Source: Macrostomum lignano
Taxonomy: Eukaryota
NCBI GenBank assembly: GCA_002269645.1
Contig: NIVC01000089.1
Span: forward strand, 806,001-870,000
Length of the DNA stretch: 64,000 nucleotides
Direction of reading: 5' to 3'
The notes under the pieces are model-generated. The model was not told the DNA's origin, did no database searches, and worked only from the letters and a program-made list of their open reading frames with translations. How positions within the stretch are numbered: position 1 is the first letter of the stretch; every line of letters begins with the position of its first letter. The translations under genes were made by a program, and so were the position numbers. Of the stretch, positions 46,026 to 58,370 are shown in pieces.

Positions 46026-49000
46026 ATGCCTAAATTCATTGCAGACACGTTGCCTGTAAAGGTTGAGATGTGCGAGCAGTTAAAGGTGAAGCTGGCCAGC
46101 CTCCTGGCCGAAGGCTGCAACTCATCGCAGTCCGGCAGCCGGCAGCAGCTTCGCAGCTCCAATGCAATTGTCTGCCAAACTCTGGGCGAGCGGCCGCTCA
46201 AAGGCTCGCTTGCTGAGCTGCTGGAACTGGAGGCCTGCCATCTGAGGCCGGCTCTGCATCAGCACCTGCTGCAGCATCAGCAGCAGCAACCGTCTAAAGC
46301 GCTTCAATCCGCTTTAACAGCTCTGGAGTCTTACCTGGAGAAGCAGCAACAGAAGCAGAAAAAGCAGCAGCAACAAGCACAAATCTTCCTGTCCGGCAGC
46401 TGCGATAAGCCTGGCGCTGCCGATGTAGTTTTGTGGTCCAGCCTGAGCCCCCTTCTGCTGCCGCCCGCCTCCCCTCTGTCCGCCGCCCTGACCAAATCCT
46501 TTCCTCGCCTGGCCGGCTGGTTCGGCCATGTGGCCAGCTCTCGTCCGGATTTTGTTGCTTTGGCCGGCGAAACTGCAACTGCGTGTAAGCCAGGGTTGCC
46601 ACAGATACTAGAATAACTGGATGGGCCACTCAGGCATAAATACTTAGCAAAACAGCTTTCTACTTTCAGTTCAGTAGCAAAGAAGAATGCATAAGCTATT
46701 TTTTAAAAAGTAAAGGCGACTGAAATGACTTTGATAAGTTTAGAAGCCCAACAAGCTTGCAGGCGTAAAAAACTTGCTTATTGGTTCAGCCGTAATGTAC
46801 ATTTTTTTATTAGAGGCAGGGGGGTTGTGTGCACCCTGGCGCACTTTAAGCGACATTGGCACACAACCGGCGAGAGGCATTACTGCCCATTCCGCCGACT
46901 CCCCTGAGCAGGCATACAAGCGCGCGGATACGTACGCAGGCACACACTCACACAGGAGTGTACAGCGGCCCTAACTTTATATTATCGTTAGGCATGTACA
47001 CTTCACTGCGCCTTGGGGGGTTGGCTCTCAAGGCCGTTAATTGCACGAGCAGAGCCAAGCCGAGATTCCAATTCAGCCCCAAATTAATGTGACTGCACTT
47101 GAAATCGAGCCTGGGTCGCTGGCACACCAGAGCAGCTGCGCTACCGCTGGGCTACGGCCCCCTAATAATGTACATTAGCCAGTCCACTGAAATGTACATG
47201 GCAGCTTTAGGCTGGAATTTCGAGAAAGGCAATAAAAATTGAAGCAGGTCAGGGGGGTAGTGTGGAAAAACGCGATTGGAGGGTTTAAAGCTAAGGGGGT
47301 AAGAGCCAATAAAATGAGCCTTTGCTTTTAAAATACATTAAGATGCTTCTGTTTAACTTACTACTGAACTGAAAGTAGCTCACACGCAAATGTGCTGAGT
47401 GGCCCATCTAGTTAATTGTGGATCATGCATGTACATTGTGGATCATGCATGTACATTGTGAATCATGCGTGTACATTGTTGATCATACGTGGATATAATT
47501 CTCATCTATAGTAGTTTGAAGTTAGTTTTTTTAGCGCAGTTTAACCTATCTTAAAAGACTATTACATGCCATCATGAGTAAATTTGTTGCTATTAGTAGG
47601 TTAACTTAGCAATTTGACAATAAAATGCTTCTGTTTCTACTGTAAGTATTTGATTAAGGTAATTGTGTAATTTATTTTCACATTTATAACAGCAGCAGCC
47701 GAGGAGGCTCGAACCCCCGGCCTCTGGGTAAATGCCTGCGCCGAGCCTGCCTTTGGCTGCCTCCGCGAGCCGGCGCCTCTGCCTCCCACTTCGACGACTG
47801 CGGCAGCTGCTGGCCAGCAACAGCAGCAGAAGCAGCCGCAAAAGCAGAAATCGAACCAGCAAAAACAGCAACAGCAAAAGCAGCCGGATGAGCAGCAGGA
47901 TGAGCTGCCCTATCCGGAGGCCACCCAGGAGGAGCTGATGCTCTGCCGGGATGCCTTCCTCACCGACAATCCACTGCGCCCGTTCCCCGCCAAAGGCGGC
48001 CGGGCCAGCCCAGTGCTCCCTGTGGCCGGCCAGCGCAACCTGCTGGTGACCAGCGCCCTGCCCTACGTGAACAATGTGCCCCACCTGGGCAACATCATCG
48101 GCTGCGTGCTCAGCGCCGATGTCTACGCCAGATTTCATCGTCAGCGCGGCGTCAATGTTCTGTACATCTCCGGCACTGACGAGTACGGCACCGCCACAGA
48201 GACCAAAGCGCTGGCCGAGAGCGTCACGCCGCAGCAGATCTGCGACAAATACCACCGAATCCACGCCGACATCTACAGGTGGTTTGGCATCGACTTCGAC
48301 TATTTCGGGCGGACAACTACTGAGCAGCAGACTAGCATAGCGCAGGACATCTTCTGGCGCCTGCACCGGGCTGGTCACGTGATGCGCGACTCCGTCAGCC
48401 AGCTGTACTGCGCCAAATGCGAGAAGTTCTTGGCCGACAGGTGAGAAATGCCGTATATGTAAATATTGCTGATTTGTTTGGTTCTGATGTGGCATTTTCA
48501 TAGGGTTTTATCAGGAGGGTAAAGTCACCTGTGTCGCCCCAGAGTCGTTGCAGGTAGCGCAGGTAAAATAGGAAAGAAGTGACTCCAGGCGACTCTAAAA
48601 CGACCAGATGTCACGGTACAAGTCGCCAAAAAGTCGTCAAAGAGCCGCCTAAGAATCAATTTGAGGCATTTTATTGCCTCTGGGGCTCACAGACAGTTTT
48701 CAATGACTCTAGCGATTCTTGTCGCGGTAACGGTTTCAACGGGTTTATTGTCCGGCTTATATGGCAGGGTAACGTCAACGTGGATGCCGCAACAAACTCG
48801 TCCTCAGGTTCGTGGAGGGCACCTGCCCGCTCTGTCAGTACGCGGACTGCCGCGGCGACCAGTGCGACAAATGCGGCCGGCTCATCAACGCTGTGGAGCT
48901 GGTTAATCCCCGGTGCAAGGTGTGCTCAGCCGCCCCGACTGTTCGCTCGTCTGAGCATTTGTTTCTGGACCTGCCTCGACTGCAGCCGCAGCTGCTGGCT

Positions 49001-49306
49001 CACCTGGAGTCCGTGATGGACGCCCCAGACTCGCAGTGGACTGACAACGCCAAGCACATCACCAGGAGTTGGATTAAAATCGGCCTGCAGCCCAGGTGCA
49101 TCAGCAGAGATTTGAAGTGGGGCACCCCGGTACCGCTAGAGGGCTACACGGACAAGGTGTTCTACGTGTGGTTCGATGCGCCTATCGGATACGTCTCCAT
49201 CACGGCTAACTATACCAAGGGTGCGGGCCGATGGAGCTTGATTGATTGATTGATCGACAGACAGGCAGACAGACAGACAAACAGACAGCCAAACAGACAG
49301 ACAGGC

Positions 49307-49351
<45 letters not shown>

Positions 49352-50969
49352 CCAAGACAGACTGAAAGACAGACGGACAGAAAGATAGAAACTAAGACAC
49401 ACAGACTCAAAGACAGACACTAAGACACACATGCAGACAGGCACACAGACACCAAAACACACAGATAGACAGACACTAAGAAACACGTGCAGACGGACAC
49501 ACAGACACCAAAACACACAGATAGACAGACACTAAGAAACACGTGCAGACAGACACACAGACAAAGAGAGAGACAGCAACAATCGCTATACACACCGACC
49601 GCTGCCCATCCCCTCAGACTGGGAGCAGTGGTGGAAACGGCCAGACGAGGTCACCCTGGTGCAGTTCATGGCCAAAGACAATGTGCCATTCCACTCTGTG
49701 ATATTTCCGTCCTGCTGCCTTGGCGCGGCAGACAATTACACGATGGTGAGGCACCTGGTTGCCACGGAGTACCTGAACTACGAGGACGGCAAATTTTCGA
49801 AAAGTCGCGGCGTCGGCGTTTTCGGCAACGACGTCCAGGCAACCGGCATCGAGGCGGACGTGTGGCGATTCTACCTGCTGTACGTGCGGCCGGAGAGCCA
49901 GGACAGCAGCTTCTCCTGGGAGGATCTGATGCTCAAGAACAACAGCGAGTTGCTCAACAATCTCGGCAACTTCATCAACCGGCCGTTGCAGTTTCTCAAG
50001 AAATATTTCGACGCCAAAGTGCCGGAGATCAGTCTGAGCCAGGAGGACCTGCGATTTCTGCACGCCGTGAATCACGAATTGCAGATTTATATTGACAGCT
50101 TGGAGAAGGCCAAGCTCAGGGACGGCCTGCGTAGGGTGCTCAACATTTCCAGGTGGGTGTTATGCAGATTATTAAAAACAGAAGTTTGGTCTCATATTTA
50201 CTGCTTAAGGTATTCAATCGAATCATCATTATACCTATCTGTTAAAGACCCCTTTTAGTGCGTTTAGAGCCCCTCAGCTCACTATAAGAATCGCCCCTCA
50301 GCTCACTATAAGAATCGCCCCTCAGCCCACTATAAGAATCGCCCCTCAGCCCACTATAAGAATCGCCCCTCAGCCCACTATAAGAATCGCCCCTCAGCTC
50401 ACAAGAAGAATCGCCCCTCAGCCCACTATAAGAATCGCCCCTCAGCCCACTATAAGAATCGCCCCTCAGCTCACAAGAAGAATCGCCCCTCAGCCCACTA
50501 TAAGAATCGCCCCTCAGCCCACTATAAGAATCGCCCTCCGCCACTACCGAAGCCCCCAGCCACAGCTGGCACTCCCCGCAACCGCCGCAGGTACGGCAAC
50601 CAGTACATGCAGCTGAACAAGCCGTGGGCCCAGCTCAGCAACAAGGACACGGCAGCCAGAGCCGCCTCAGTCGTGGCCCTGGCAGCCAACGTGGCCTGCT
50701 TGCTAGGCGCCCTGCTCCAACCCTACATGCCCAGCGTGGCCATTCGGGTTGCTCAGCAGTGCGGCTGCCTGCCAACAAAATCTGCCCAGCAACCGCAGGC
50801 TGAGTTCGGTGACCGGCCTCCGCTGTTGCCAATTCAGCATCCGATGCGGCGCCTGCTGCCGGCCGGCCATCGAATTGGCGAGCCCAGCCCGCTGTTTGCT
50901 AAAGTACAACGCGACCAGGTGGATGCCATGCGGGCCAAGTTTGGCGGCAACGGGGCACGCGGCGAATGA
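46026..50969 (+). CDS. MARS1: Cytosolic methionyl-tRNA synthetase; exons 46026-46584, 47693-48440, 48808-49220, 49618-50152, 50591-50969
   Basis: [21 protein letters not shown], zinc knuckle CPLC...[38 protein letters not shown]; GST-like N-terminal region; exons join in frame at GT-AG sites. Confidence 0.95.
46600..47420. mobile_element. Second copy of the 491-950 MITE, in MARS1 intron 1
   Basis: Colinear with 491-950 apart from a ~370-bp insertion; right TIR partly damaged. Confidence 0.8.
46804..47165 (-). mobile_element. tRNA-derived SINE (family 2) nested in the MITE
   Basis: Minus strand GGGGCCGTAGCCCAGCGGTAGCG (A box), GGCTCGATTTC (B box), AATAAAAAAA tail; TSD TAATGTACATT at 46793-46803 and 47166-47176; empty site seen at about 688-698. 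Confidence 0.75.
49245..49575. repeat. (ACAG)n-type microsatellite, MARS1 intron 3
   Basis: Directly visible. Confidence 0.9.
50267..50537. repeat. 24-bp minisatellite (GCCCCTCAGCCCACTATAAGAATC)n, MARS1 intron 4
   Basis: Directly visible. Confidence 0.93.
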
Positions 50970-51249
50970 CAATTGGCTGACAGGCTGCCTTTCTTAGTCA
51001 CCACATTGCATGAAATTGCGACTAAAAAAACTTGCTATACTACTTCTTCTGATTGTAGCAGTGAGTAGCGCGAGGAGCGAGCGTGTGTTTTTAATCTGTT
51101 GTATTGCTTCTAACCTGTTCAAGAGTTTAAGTTTCAAATCAATAACTAATGGATTGCTAATTTATCAGCATGATGATTTAGACAATTTCGCACCTAAACG
51201 TCACGGGTTCGATTCGGTGCGCGGCCGATTCGATGCGTACGGCTGTTCA

Positions 51250-51445
51250 GTCCAAGGACTGGGGAGTCGCCACACACAGCCTCAGTTACCCCAGCTAATG
51301 CTGGCACCCATTTTACAGCTGGGTGAACTGAAGCAATGCAGAGTTAATTGTCTTGCTCAAGGACACAAATTGTTCCAGCGGGGTCGGGAATCGAACCCCT
51401 GACCTTCAAGTCGTGAGATCGACGCTCTAACCACTGGGCTACAAC
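51250..51445 (-). mobile_element. CORE-type SINE (family 1), copy 2
   Basis: Highly similar to 28-190 (ACAGCTGGGTGAACTGAAGCAATGCAGAGTTAA...GGAATCGAACCCC...CTCTAACCACT). Confidence 0.78.
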
Positions 51446-52899
51446 AACTCACACCTGACAATGAGACTGGTTGTGACAATGAGAAAGTTGCAGGGGTCGC
51501 TGTACACCGTGAGAACTGGTGCCTCTGTACATGTGAGTGCAGCGGAATGGACACGACTGCGCTTGTCCTGACCAGATTAGCAATCCATTGCCTAAGTAAT
51601 GATAGTTCTTTTTTAAGTGTGCAGCTCTAAATGCAAACTTGTGTCACCTACGAGTATAGTTAAAAATTAATAGACGACCATGAGTAGTGCTCATTTTGAT
51701 GGCATTTTTTCGGACACCGCGCCAGCGACTGATAATGCAGCAGAAGAGAGAAATAATTGAATAAATGATTGATTTTCGCTGACTTGGTATTGGAAATTGG
51801 ATTGGATTGAAAAAAAAAGGTGAATTTTTATATCAGCTTTCTTTTGTCAAATTTTAACCTCTAGTACATGTGGACTATTTATGTAATTATGTAAATTAAA
51901 TTTTGAAGCTAGGATGGTTCGGGCCATAGACTATAAATCTGTGATGGTTTGGCCATAGACTATAAATCTGTGATAGGGCTTTGGCCATAGACTATAAATC
52001 TGTGATAGTTTGGCCTTAGACTATAAAGCTGTGATAGGGCTTTGGCCATAGACTCTACATGTAGAACTGAAGTGTTTTAGTCCATGCACCTAACTCGAGA
52101 AAATCTGATAACTTGAGAAAATAATAACTGGTTCAATATAAAAAAAGTTTGATCTAATTTAGTAACTCAATAATCTCGTTCAAGCTATACATATATGACA
52201 TAATCAGTTTGTGTTGTATGTCAGCAGTTTGCTTTCGCTAGCTTGCATCGCAAAATAAAGAATTATCTCGCCAATTCGTGTTTTCTCGGACCATGCAGCT
52301 CAAACCGGATCAATTATGCCCAGAATTATCACAAAGCTGATTCAACCTGTGAAACAGAAAAAAATTCCATTTAAGAAAACTCACGATTTGCTTTTAAGCA
52401 CTTTTACGCAAATTTGGGTACGAGCGTATATGCATATGTTACTTAGAATTAGGACAATAAGATTAGGCTGTTTAAACTTGCCCTTATGCACAAATGATAA
52501 ACAAATCAAATAAACAAATGTTACAGTATAAACTTCATAGGGCTTGTTGAACTTTAGTTAGACATCGTTTTTTTCCGTTTCCATTAAAATTACTAAAAAA
52601 ACAGATATTTCAATCAAGAAATTTCGCAAACGTTACTTTAATTACTATATTGGTTAGTAACGCTTTACTGCTATATAATAAAGCACTTTCTTGCATTATA
52701 CAAACAGTTAGCTGTCTCAGTGCTACGGGTGCTGCAGAGCTGATTAATAAACAAGTCGTGCTGAATTGCCGATGCAAAGCTATAGCTGCGATATAGCAGA
52801 GAGTGAGATCCGAGATGGAGTCACTCAATGGGCCACCGCTCCCCAATTTTAACCTTTTTAGGGACAAACGATCGTAATAGCAACAAATTGATATCCCTC

Positions 52900-53145
52900 A
52901 ACCTAACCCTGCCCTAACCCTACCCGAACCCTTACCCTAATCTTAACCTATCCAGCTACCTTAACTCTGCTTTAATCTCAACCTAATCCTACCCTTATCT
53001 CAACCTAACCCTACCCTAACCCCAACCTAACCCTACCCTAACCCCAACTTAATCCTACACCAAAACCCCAACCTAACTCTACCCTAACCCCAACCTAACC
53101 CTACCCAACCTCAACCTAACCCTACCCTAACCCTACCCTAACCTA
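52900..53145. repeat. Degenerate telomere-like (AACCT/AACCCT) array
   Basis: CCTAACCCTACCCTAACC repeats. Confidence 0.7.
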
Positions 53146-53401
53146 GGTTGGTCGCAGTCAAAGTTCAACCTAAGTAAGTTAAAACTTAAAGTTTCAAAAT
53201 CAAAATTATATTTGGCACCGACAAACACCCTTTTAATGGCTACCATAGCAACAGGCACAGGTTCATTGACCTACATGTTATATCGCAGGCATAGGCAACT
53301 CGCTACTATTATTATACTTAACCTATAGACACGTACTAAGCCTAAGGTTCAAAAAAACTCCTTAAATTGAAAATGCGAGGCAGGCAGTCGCCAAACAAAT
53401 C

Positions 53402-53720
53402 CTAGCGGTCAGCCCGCGTCAAATCCATGTTGCTCTTCGCCATCTCGTCGCGCCTTATCGACAGACTCGGCCAGATTTTCTGCACCTCGCCGCCGCACCG
53501 AAAGCAGATCCGGTCGGGCGGCACTTCCGGTAGAAAATCGCTGCGCGCCTCGTGGAGTCTGGAGTGGATGAGGATCACCAGGAAGAGGGACAGGAGCAGC
53601 AGGATCACGTGGCAGACGGCCTGCATCGCTCCCAGGGCCATCGAGTTGAGCACGGTGTACATTTTCTTGATGACGACGATGTTGTACTCATCTGAGCTCG
53701 CTACGAGTAACTCATTGCTG
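53402..53720 (-). CDS. Possible terminal exon of an unidentified membrane protein
   Basis: GC-rich open frame with hydrophobic ALGAMQAVCHVILLLLSLFLVILI; upstream exons not resolved. Confidence 0.3.
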
Positions 53721-53877
53721 CTTTCAGTCGGGAAGATTTCAGTACTTTTGCCAACTATTCTGATAGATACAAATTGATTCAAGCCATAAACTAGCGAAGC
53801 TTTTTATTCTTGATTCACGGGACAACGCTATGCCCCCGCGAATCCGTGGTTTTACTGCACACTGCACACAACTTGCA

Positions 53878-53879
53878 GG

Positions 53880-53936
<57 letters not shown>

Positions 53937-53937
53937 G

Positions 53938-53968
<31 letters not shown>

Positions 53969-54028
53969 CTACTACTACTACCACTACTACGTACTACTAC
54001 CACTACTACTACTGCTACCACTACTATA
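53878..54028. repeat. (TAC)n microsatellite
   Basis: Directly visible. Confidence 0.95.
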
Positions 54029-55389
54029 CGTACGCACACGGAATTCGAACCTGTGAATTTTTTGTGCGAAAGCTTCTCACGCGTGAACTGGCCAGCTCCC
54101 TGCACCTGTTGGTAAAAGCCAAGGCAATTAACGGTGTCACCGAAGGCTTTACGCCAGGGTGACCACAGCCCTCCTGCGAGCTTTGTTTTTAGATCGCAGA
54201 ATCAGGCATCGAGTGCCTGAGTTGTCTGCATCTTCAGTTTTATTTCCCCACTAAGCCAACAGCGACAATCCGCATGTACAGAGCAATTGCAGCACCTTCA
54301 ACGTTCCCTGCAACCCAGAGAGTAAAGCGAGAGTTGGCTTTGTCACAGAGATAAATCTTCTGTTTCAGAGACCTACAGGATCCTGCATTTCGAGCTTTCT
54401 CCGTCAAGACTCTCTGAGGAACGCGGCTTTTTGCCCGACTCACTTGCCGGCGCCACCGCGGCTGCAGCTGCGAAGGAGGCGGTTCGGATGACTAAATGAA
54501 TGATAATTTTATGGCAGTAGTAATAATGCAGGCTGGACTGCTGAATTGCATCTCTCACCTGCCATAGCCAAGATGAGCATCGAGGCTAATAGGGCTTGTG
54601 TTTGCTTCAAGTTCAGCATGGTTGCTCTTTCTTGCTGGCTTCAGTTGAGCTGAGTTTGAGTGGCAATTCGATAAGCTCCAAAACTTTTCGATTCGATCTG
54701 TCACTTTAAGTACTTTATTAAGGCTTGTTCGCAATGCCAGCTGCTTTGATAAGCAGACCTCATAGGTAAAATCCAGCTGGCCTTGCAGGGCCCTTGGAGC
54801 CTGAAGTCAGAGTTTACGTTCGTTGTTACGAGTTAAGCCGTAAATTCAGATCCTCGTGCCAGTTTCTGTACATTTGGTCTCGTAAATGTTTTAGGTCAAT
54901 AAAATGAACTTTGCTAGCAGGTGGTATCAGATCTTTCCATTATAGCATGTACTATAGAGCTTTGAAACTTCGCAACGTTTATGAACGAGCTACATGTTTA
55001 TGCTTTGGGCCATTGACTCCACACAAGTGAACCACAAAGCGGGCCACAAAGCCTTTCTATCACCCCTCGGGGGTCCTTTGAAACTTTACAATAGGAATCC
55101 GAACAGCTCAAGGTTTGCCTCTTCTGAGTTCCCTCTCCCCTCTTCTCTCTCTTCTCTTCTCTCCTTTCTCCACTCCTCTCCCCAATCCTCTGCTCTCTCC
55201 TCTCATCCTACTCCCCTACTCTCCTCTTTTTTTTCTCTTCTCTCATCTCTCCTCTTCCCTCATCGCGTCTCTGATCTCGCTTTTCACCCTTCATCTCTTC
55301 TCTCACCTCTCACCTCCTCTTTCCTCTTCTCAAGCCTCTATTCCCTTTCCTCTTTCATCTGGCCCGCAGTAATGATCTTTAAGTCTATA

Positions 55390-55878
55390 AGTCAGTCAGT
55401 CAGTCAGTCAGTCAGTCAGTCAGTCAGTCAGTCAGTCAGTCAGTCAGTCAGTCAGTCAGTCAGTCAGTCAGTCAGTCAGTCAGTCAGTCAGTCAGTCAGT
55501 CAGTCAGTCAGTCAGTCAGTCAGTCAGTCAGTCAGTCAGTCAGTCAGTCAGTCAGTCAGTCAGTCAGTCAGTCAGTCAGTCAGTCAGTCAGTCAGTCAGT
55601 CAGTCAGTCAGTCAGTCAGTCAGTCAGTCAGTCAGTCAGTCAGTCAGTCAGTCAGTCAGTCAGTCAGTCAGTCAGTCAGTCAGTCAGTCAGTCAGTCAGT
55701 CAGTCAGTCAGTCAGTCAGTCAGTCAGTCAGTCAGTCAGTCAGTCAGTCAGTCAGTCAGTCAGTCAGTCAGTCAGTCAGTCAGTCAGTCAGTCAGTCAGT
55801 CAGTCAGTCAGTCAGTCAGTCAGTCAGTCAGTCAGTCAGTCAGTCAGTCAGTCAGTCAGTCAGTCAGTCAGTCAGTCA
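55390..55878. repeat. Pure (GTCA)n microsatellite, about 490 bp
   Basis: Directly visible. Confidence 0.98.
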
Positions 55879-56091
55879 AAAAGAAATTAATAAAAAGAAA
55901 TTAATAAAAAGGTCAAAGCTACAAGCAAGATTTTGTAGTAAAACTAGACTATTTTTGATATTTATTTAATACGCTTGAAACATTACAGCGACAACTAAAT
56001 TTACAGGTGTGAACTCGCTACTCTAAGTAGCATTCGGTGCTTGAACTCAACTATTGACAAGTTTAAATAAAATCGGTTGCAGTCGGGCAGG

Positions 56092-58370
56092 TCATGCCGG
56101 CTTCCCGCCTCCGGCACCGCCGCCGAGAGCTGCTTCATCAAGGGCCAGCAGGGCCCGGTGCTGGGCCAGCAGCGACTGCGCCTGGCGCACAGTCGGCATG
56201 TCGATCATCTGGCCGTCGAATACGAAGGCGCCGGCGCCTGCAGACGAGTGGCGCTCGAACTCCTCGCAGAGTCGCTCGGCCCAGGCGACTCGAGAGGTCA
56301 CGGGGGAGAAGGCGGCGTGGCACGGTTCGAGCTGCGACGGGTGGATTATCTGCAACAGGTGGGGTGGATTATCTGCAACAGGTGGGGTGGATTATCTGCA
56401 ACAGGTGGGGTGGATTATCTGCAACAGGTGGGGTGGATTATCTGCAACAGGTGGGGTGGATAATCTGCAACAGGTGGGGTGGATTATCTGCAACAGGTGG
56501 GGTGGATTATCTGCAACAGGTGGGGTGGATTATCTGCAACAGGTGGGTGGATTATCTGCAACAGGTGGGTGGATTATCTGCAACAGGTGGGTGGATTATC
56601 TGCAACAGGTGGGTGGATTATCTGCATCTGGAGGATCATCTTGTTGGATTAAAGCTCGTCAATAAAATTCACCTGCTTCCCAGTGAACCCCATGGCTCGG
56701 CCCTCGTTGCACTGCCGCTTCAGATGTTCAACATCTTTGATGTCGATTTCGACCATGTCGATGGCCAACAACCGGCGCGACCTCGCGGCCAGGGCGAACT
56801 GGGCCCGGGCGTGCCGGGTTTCCAGGCCGTCGCGGCTTCGCTCGACGCCAACGGAGGCGCAGAAATCGTCGGAGCCGAACACGCAGCCGACAGGGTGCAG
56901 CAGCCCGCGCTGCCTGCTGGCCGACATCGCCGAGTCCAGAATCTGCGGCATGGCCAGCAGGGCCGCAGCCGACTCGATCATGAGGATGAGCGGCACGGCG
57001 CTGTTGGGTCCGGACGGTGGTCGGCGCCAGTGGCGCTCGAGTTGGCCGGACAGCCACGCGACATCGTCGGCGCTTTCGACCTTCGGCAGGACGAGAACGT
57101 CCGGGGGCCTGAGACGGGTTGGGAATGGGAGACTGTGAGATTCTCATGAGAAGACTGTGCGATTCTCATGAGTAGACTGTGAGATTCTCATGAGTAGATT
57201 GCCCAATTCTCATGAGTAGACTATGAGATTCTCATGAGTAGACTGTGAGATTCTGATGAGTGAATTGCGAGATTCTCATGAGTAGACTGTGCGATTCTCA
57301 TGAGTAGACTATGAGATTCTCATGAGTAGACTATGAGATTCTCATGAGTAGACTATGAGATTCTCATGAGTAGACTGCCCGATTCTCATGAGTAAACTGC
57401 GATTCTCATGAGTAGACTGTGAGATTCTCATGAGTAGACTGGGCGATTCTAACGAGTAGACTGGATAATATTTTGACTAGATTAGGCGATCAACATTAGA
57501 CACGAGAATTCGAAGGATTTTTCTCACCTGGCAGAGTCCATCACGCACCGGACGTCTTCCTCGGCCAGCTGCTCTGCCTCGGCCGGCGGGTTGACCCGGA
57601 CAGCCACGGACCGGCCGCCACCGAGCAGTTCGGGCAGCCGCAGCTCCGTCAGGGCGCGCCTGGCGCCCTCCCTGTCGACAGGAAGATTTTATAAATAAAA
57701 TTCTGTTCAATAACTACTTTTCTTTCTGTAAAGTAAGTAGCAAGTAAATAAAATTAGCAGCTAATTTTGCTCAATGGGTTAAAGATAACAATGGGGTGGT
57801 GGGTGCTCTGTGAGTCTGTGGGTCGGTGGATGTTCTGTGGGGTGGTGAGTGTTCTGTGGGGTGGTGGGTGTTCTGTGGGGTGGCGGGTATTCTGTGGGGT
57901 GGTGGGTGTTCTGTGGGGTGGTGGGTGTTCTGTGGGGTGGTGTGTATCAAGTGACTGACTTTGCTATCAACGAAGCAGTTGCTAGCTTTGCACTTGTGTT
58001 GTGGAAGTGAAGATAGAGCAATAACGATTTTAGCAAGTCAGGAAGAAAAATAAATAACAGTCAATACTACTACTTAATTGCAAGTAGCATAGTAGTATAC
58101 GTGTACAGTGGATGGATACTATTTATCAATCTACCTCGCTGCAGCTTTGGCTGCAAAGGCCACGCCGTCTTCCAGGTCCAACACTGGTAGGTCTGGCAGC
58201 GGACGACGAGATGCCAACTTGGACAGCATCTTCTCTGAGCTGGCGGGCACATACATGAAGGAGCGGGCCACCAGTGTATGGCTACCAAATTGACGAGCTA
58301 CCATGCGGTACAGTCTTGGCAACTGTCGCCATGGCAACAGCTGGCCTAAATGTGCAGATTGAGCTTGCAT
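56092..58370 (-). CDS. CLYBL: Citramalyl-CoA lyase / citrate lyase beta-like protein; exons 58370-58135, 57671-57528, 57108-56673, 56349-56092
   Basis: RSFMYVPASSEKML, DLEDGV, VRVNP, VLPKVE, MIESA, FGSDDFCAS, IDMV, GFTGKQ|IIHPSQ, FVFDGQMIDMP (HpcH/HpaI-CitE family); mitochondrial-presequence-like N-terminus; exon phases consistent. Confidence 0.93.
56340..56628. repeat. 22-23-bp minisatellite containing the CLYBL exon-4 splice acceptor
   Basis: Minus-strand unit CCACCTGTTGCAG|ATAATCCACC repeated about 12 times. Confidence 0.93.
57130..57460. repeat. 22-bp minisatellite (GAGATTCTCATGAGTAGACTGT)n, CLYBL intron 2
   Basis: Directly visible. Confidence 0.92.
57790..57945. repeat. ~19-bp GT-rich minisatellite, CLYBL intron 1
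   Basis: (GTTCTGTGGGGTGGTGGGT)n. Confidence 0.85.

Noticed and set aside
47593-48501. 302-aa minus-strand ORF and other antisense ORFs over MARS1, CLYBL, INTS14 and the LINEs
   Set aside because: Antisense shadows of GC-rich coding sequence
51195-51240. tRNA-like GGGTTCGATTC on the plus strand
   Set aside because: No cloverleaf or A box; no genuine tRNA gene was supported anywhere in the window
52900-53145. Interstitial telomere or chromosome-fusion scar
   Set aside because: Too degenerate and mixed (AACCT/ACCCT); such tracts are common inside repeats
53739-55890. Poly-V/L/T/S and SQSV ORFs
   Set aside because: Translations of (TAC)n and (GTCA)n microsatellites
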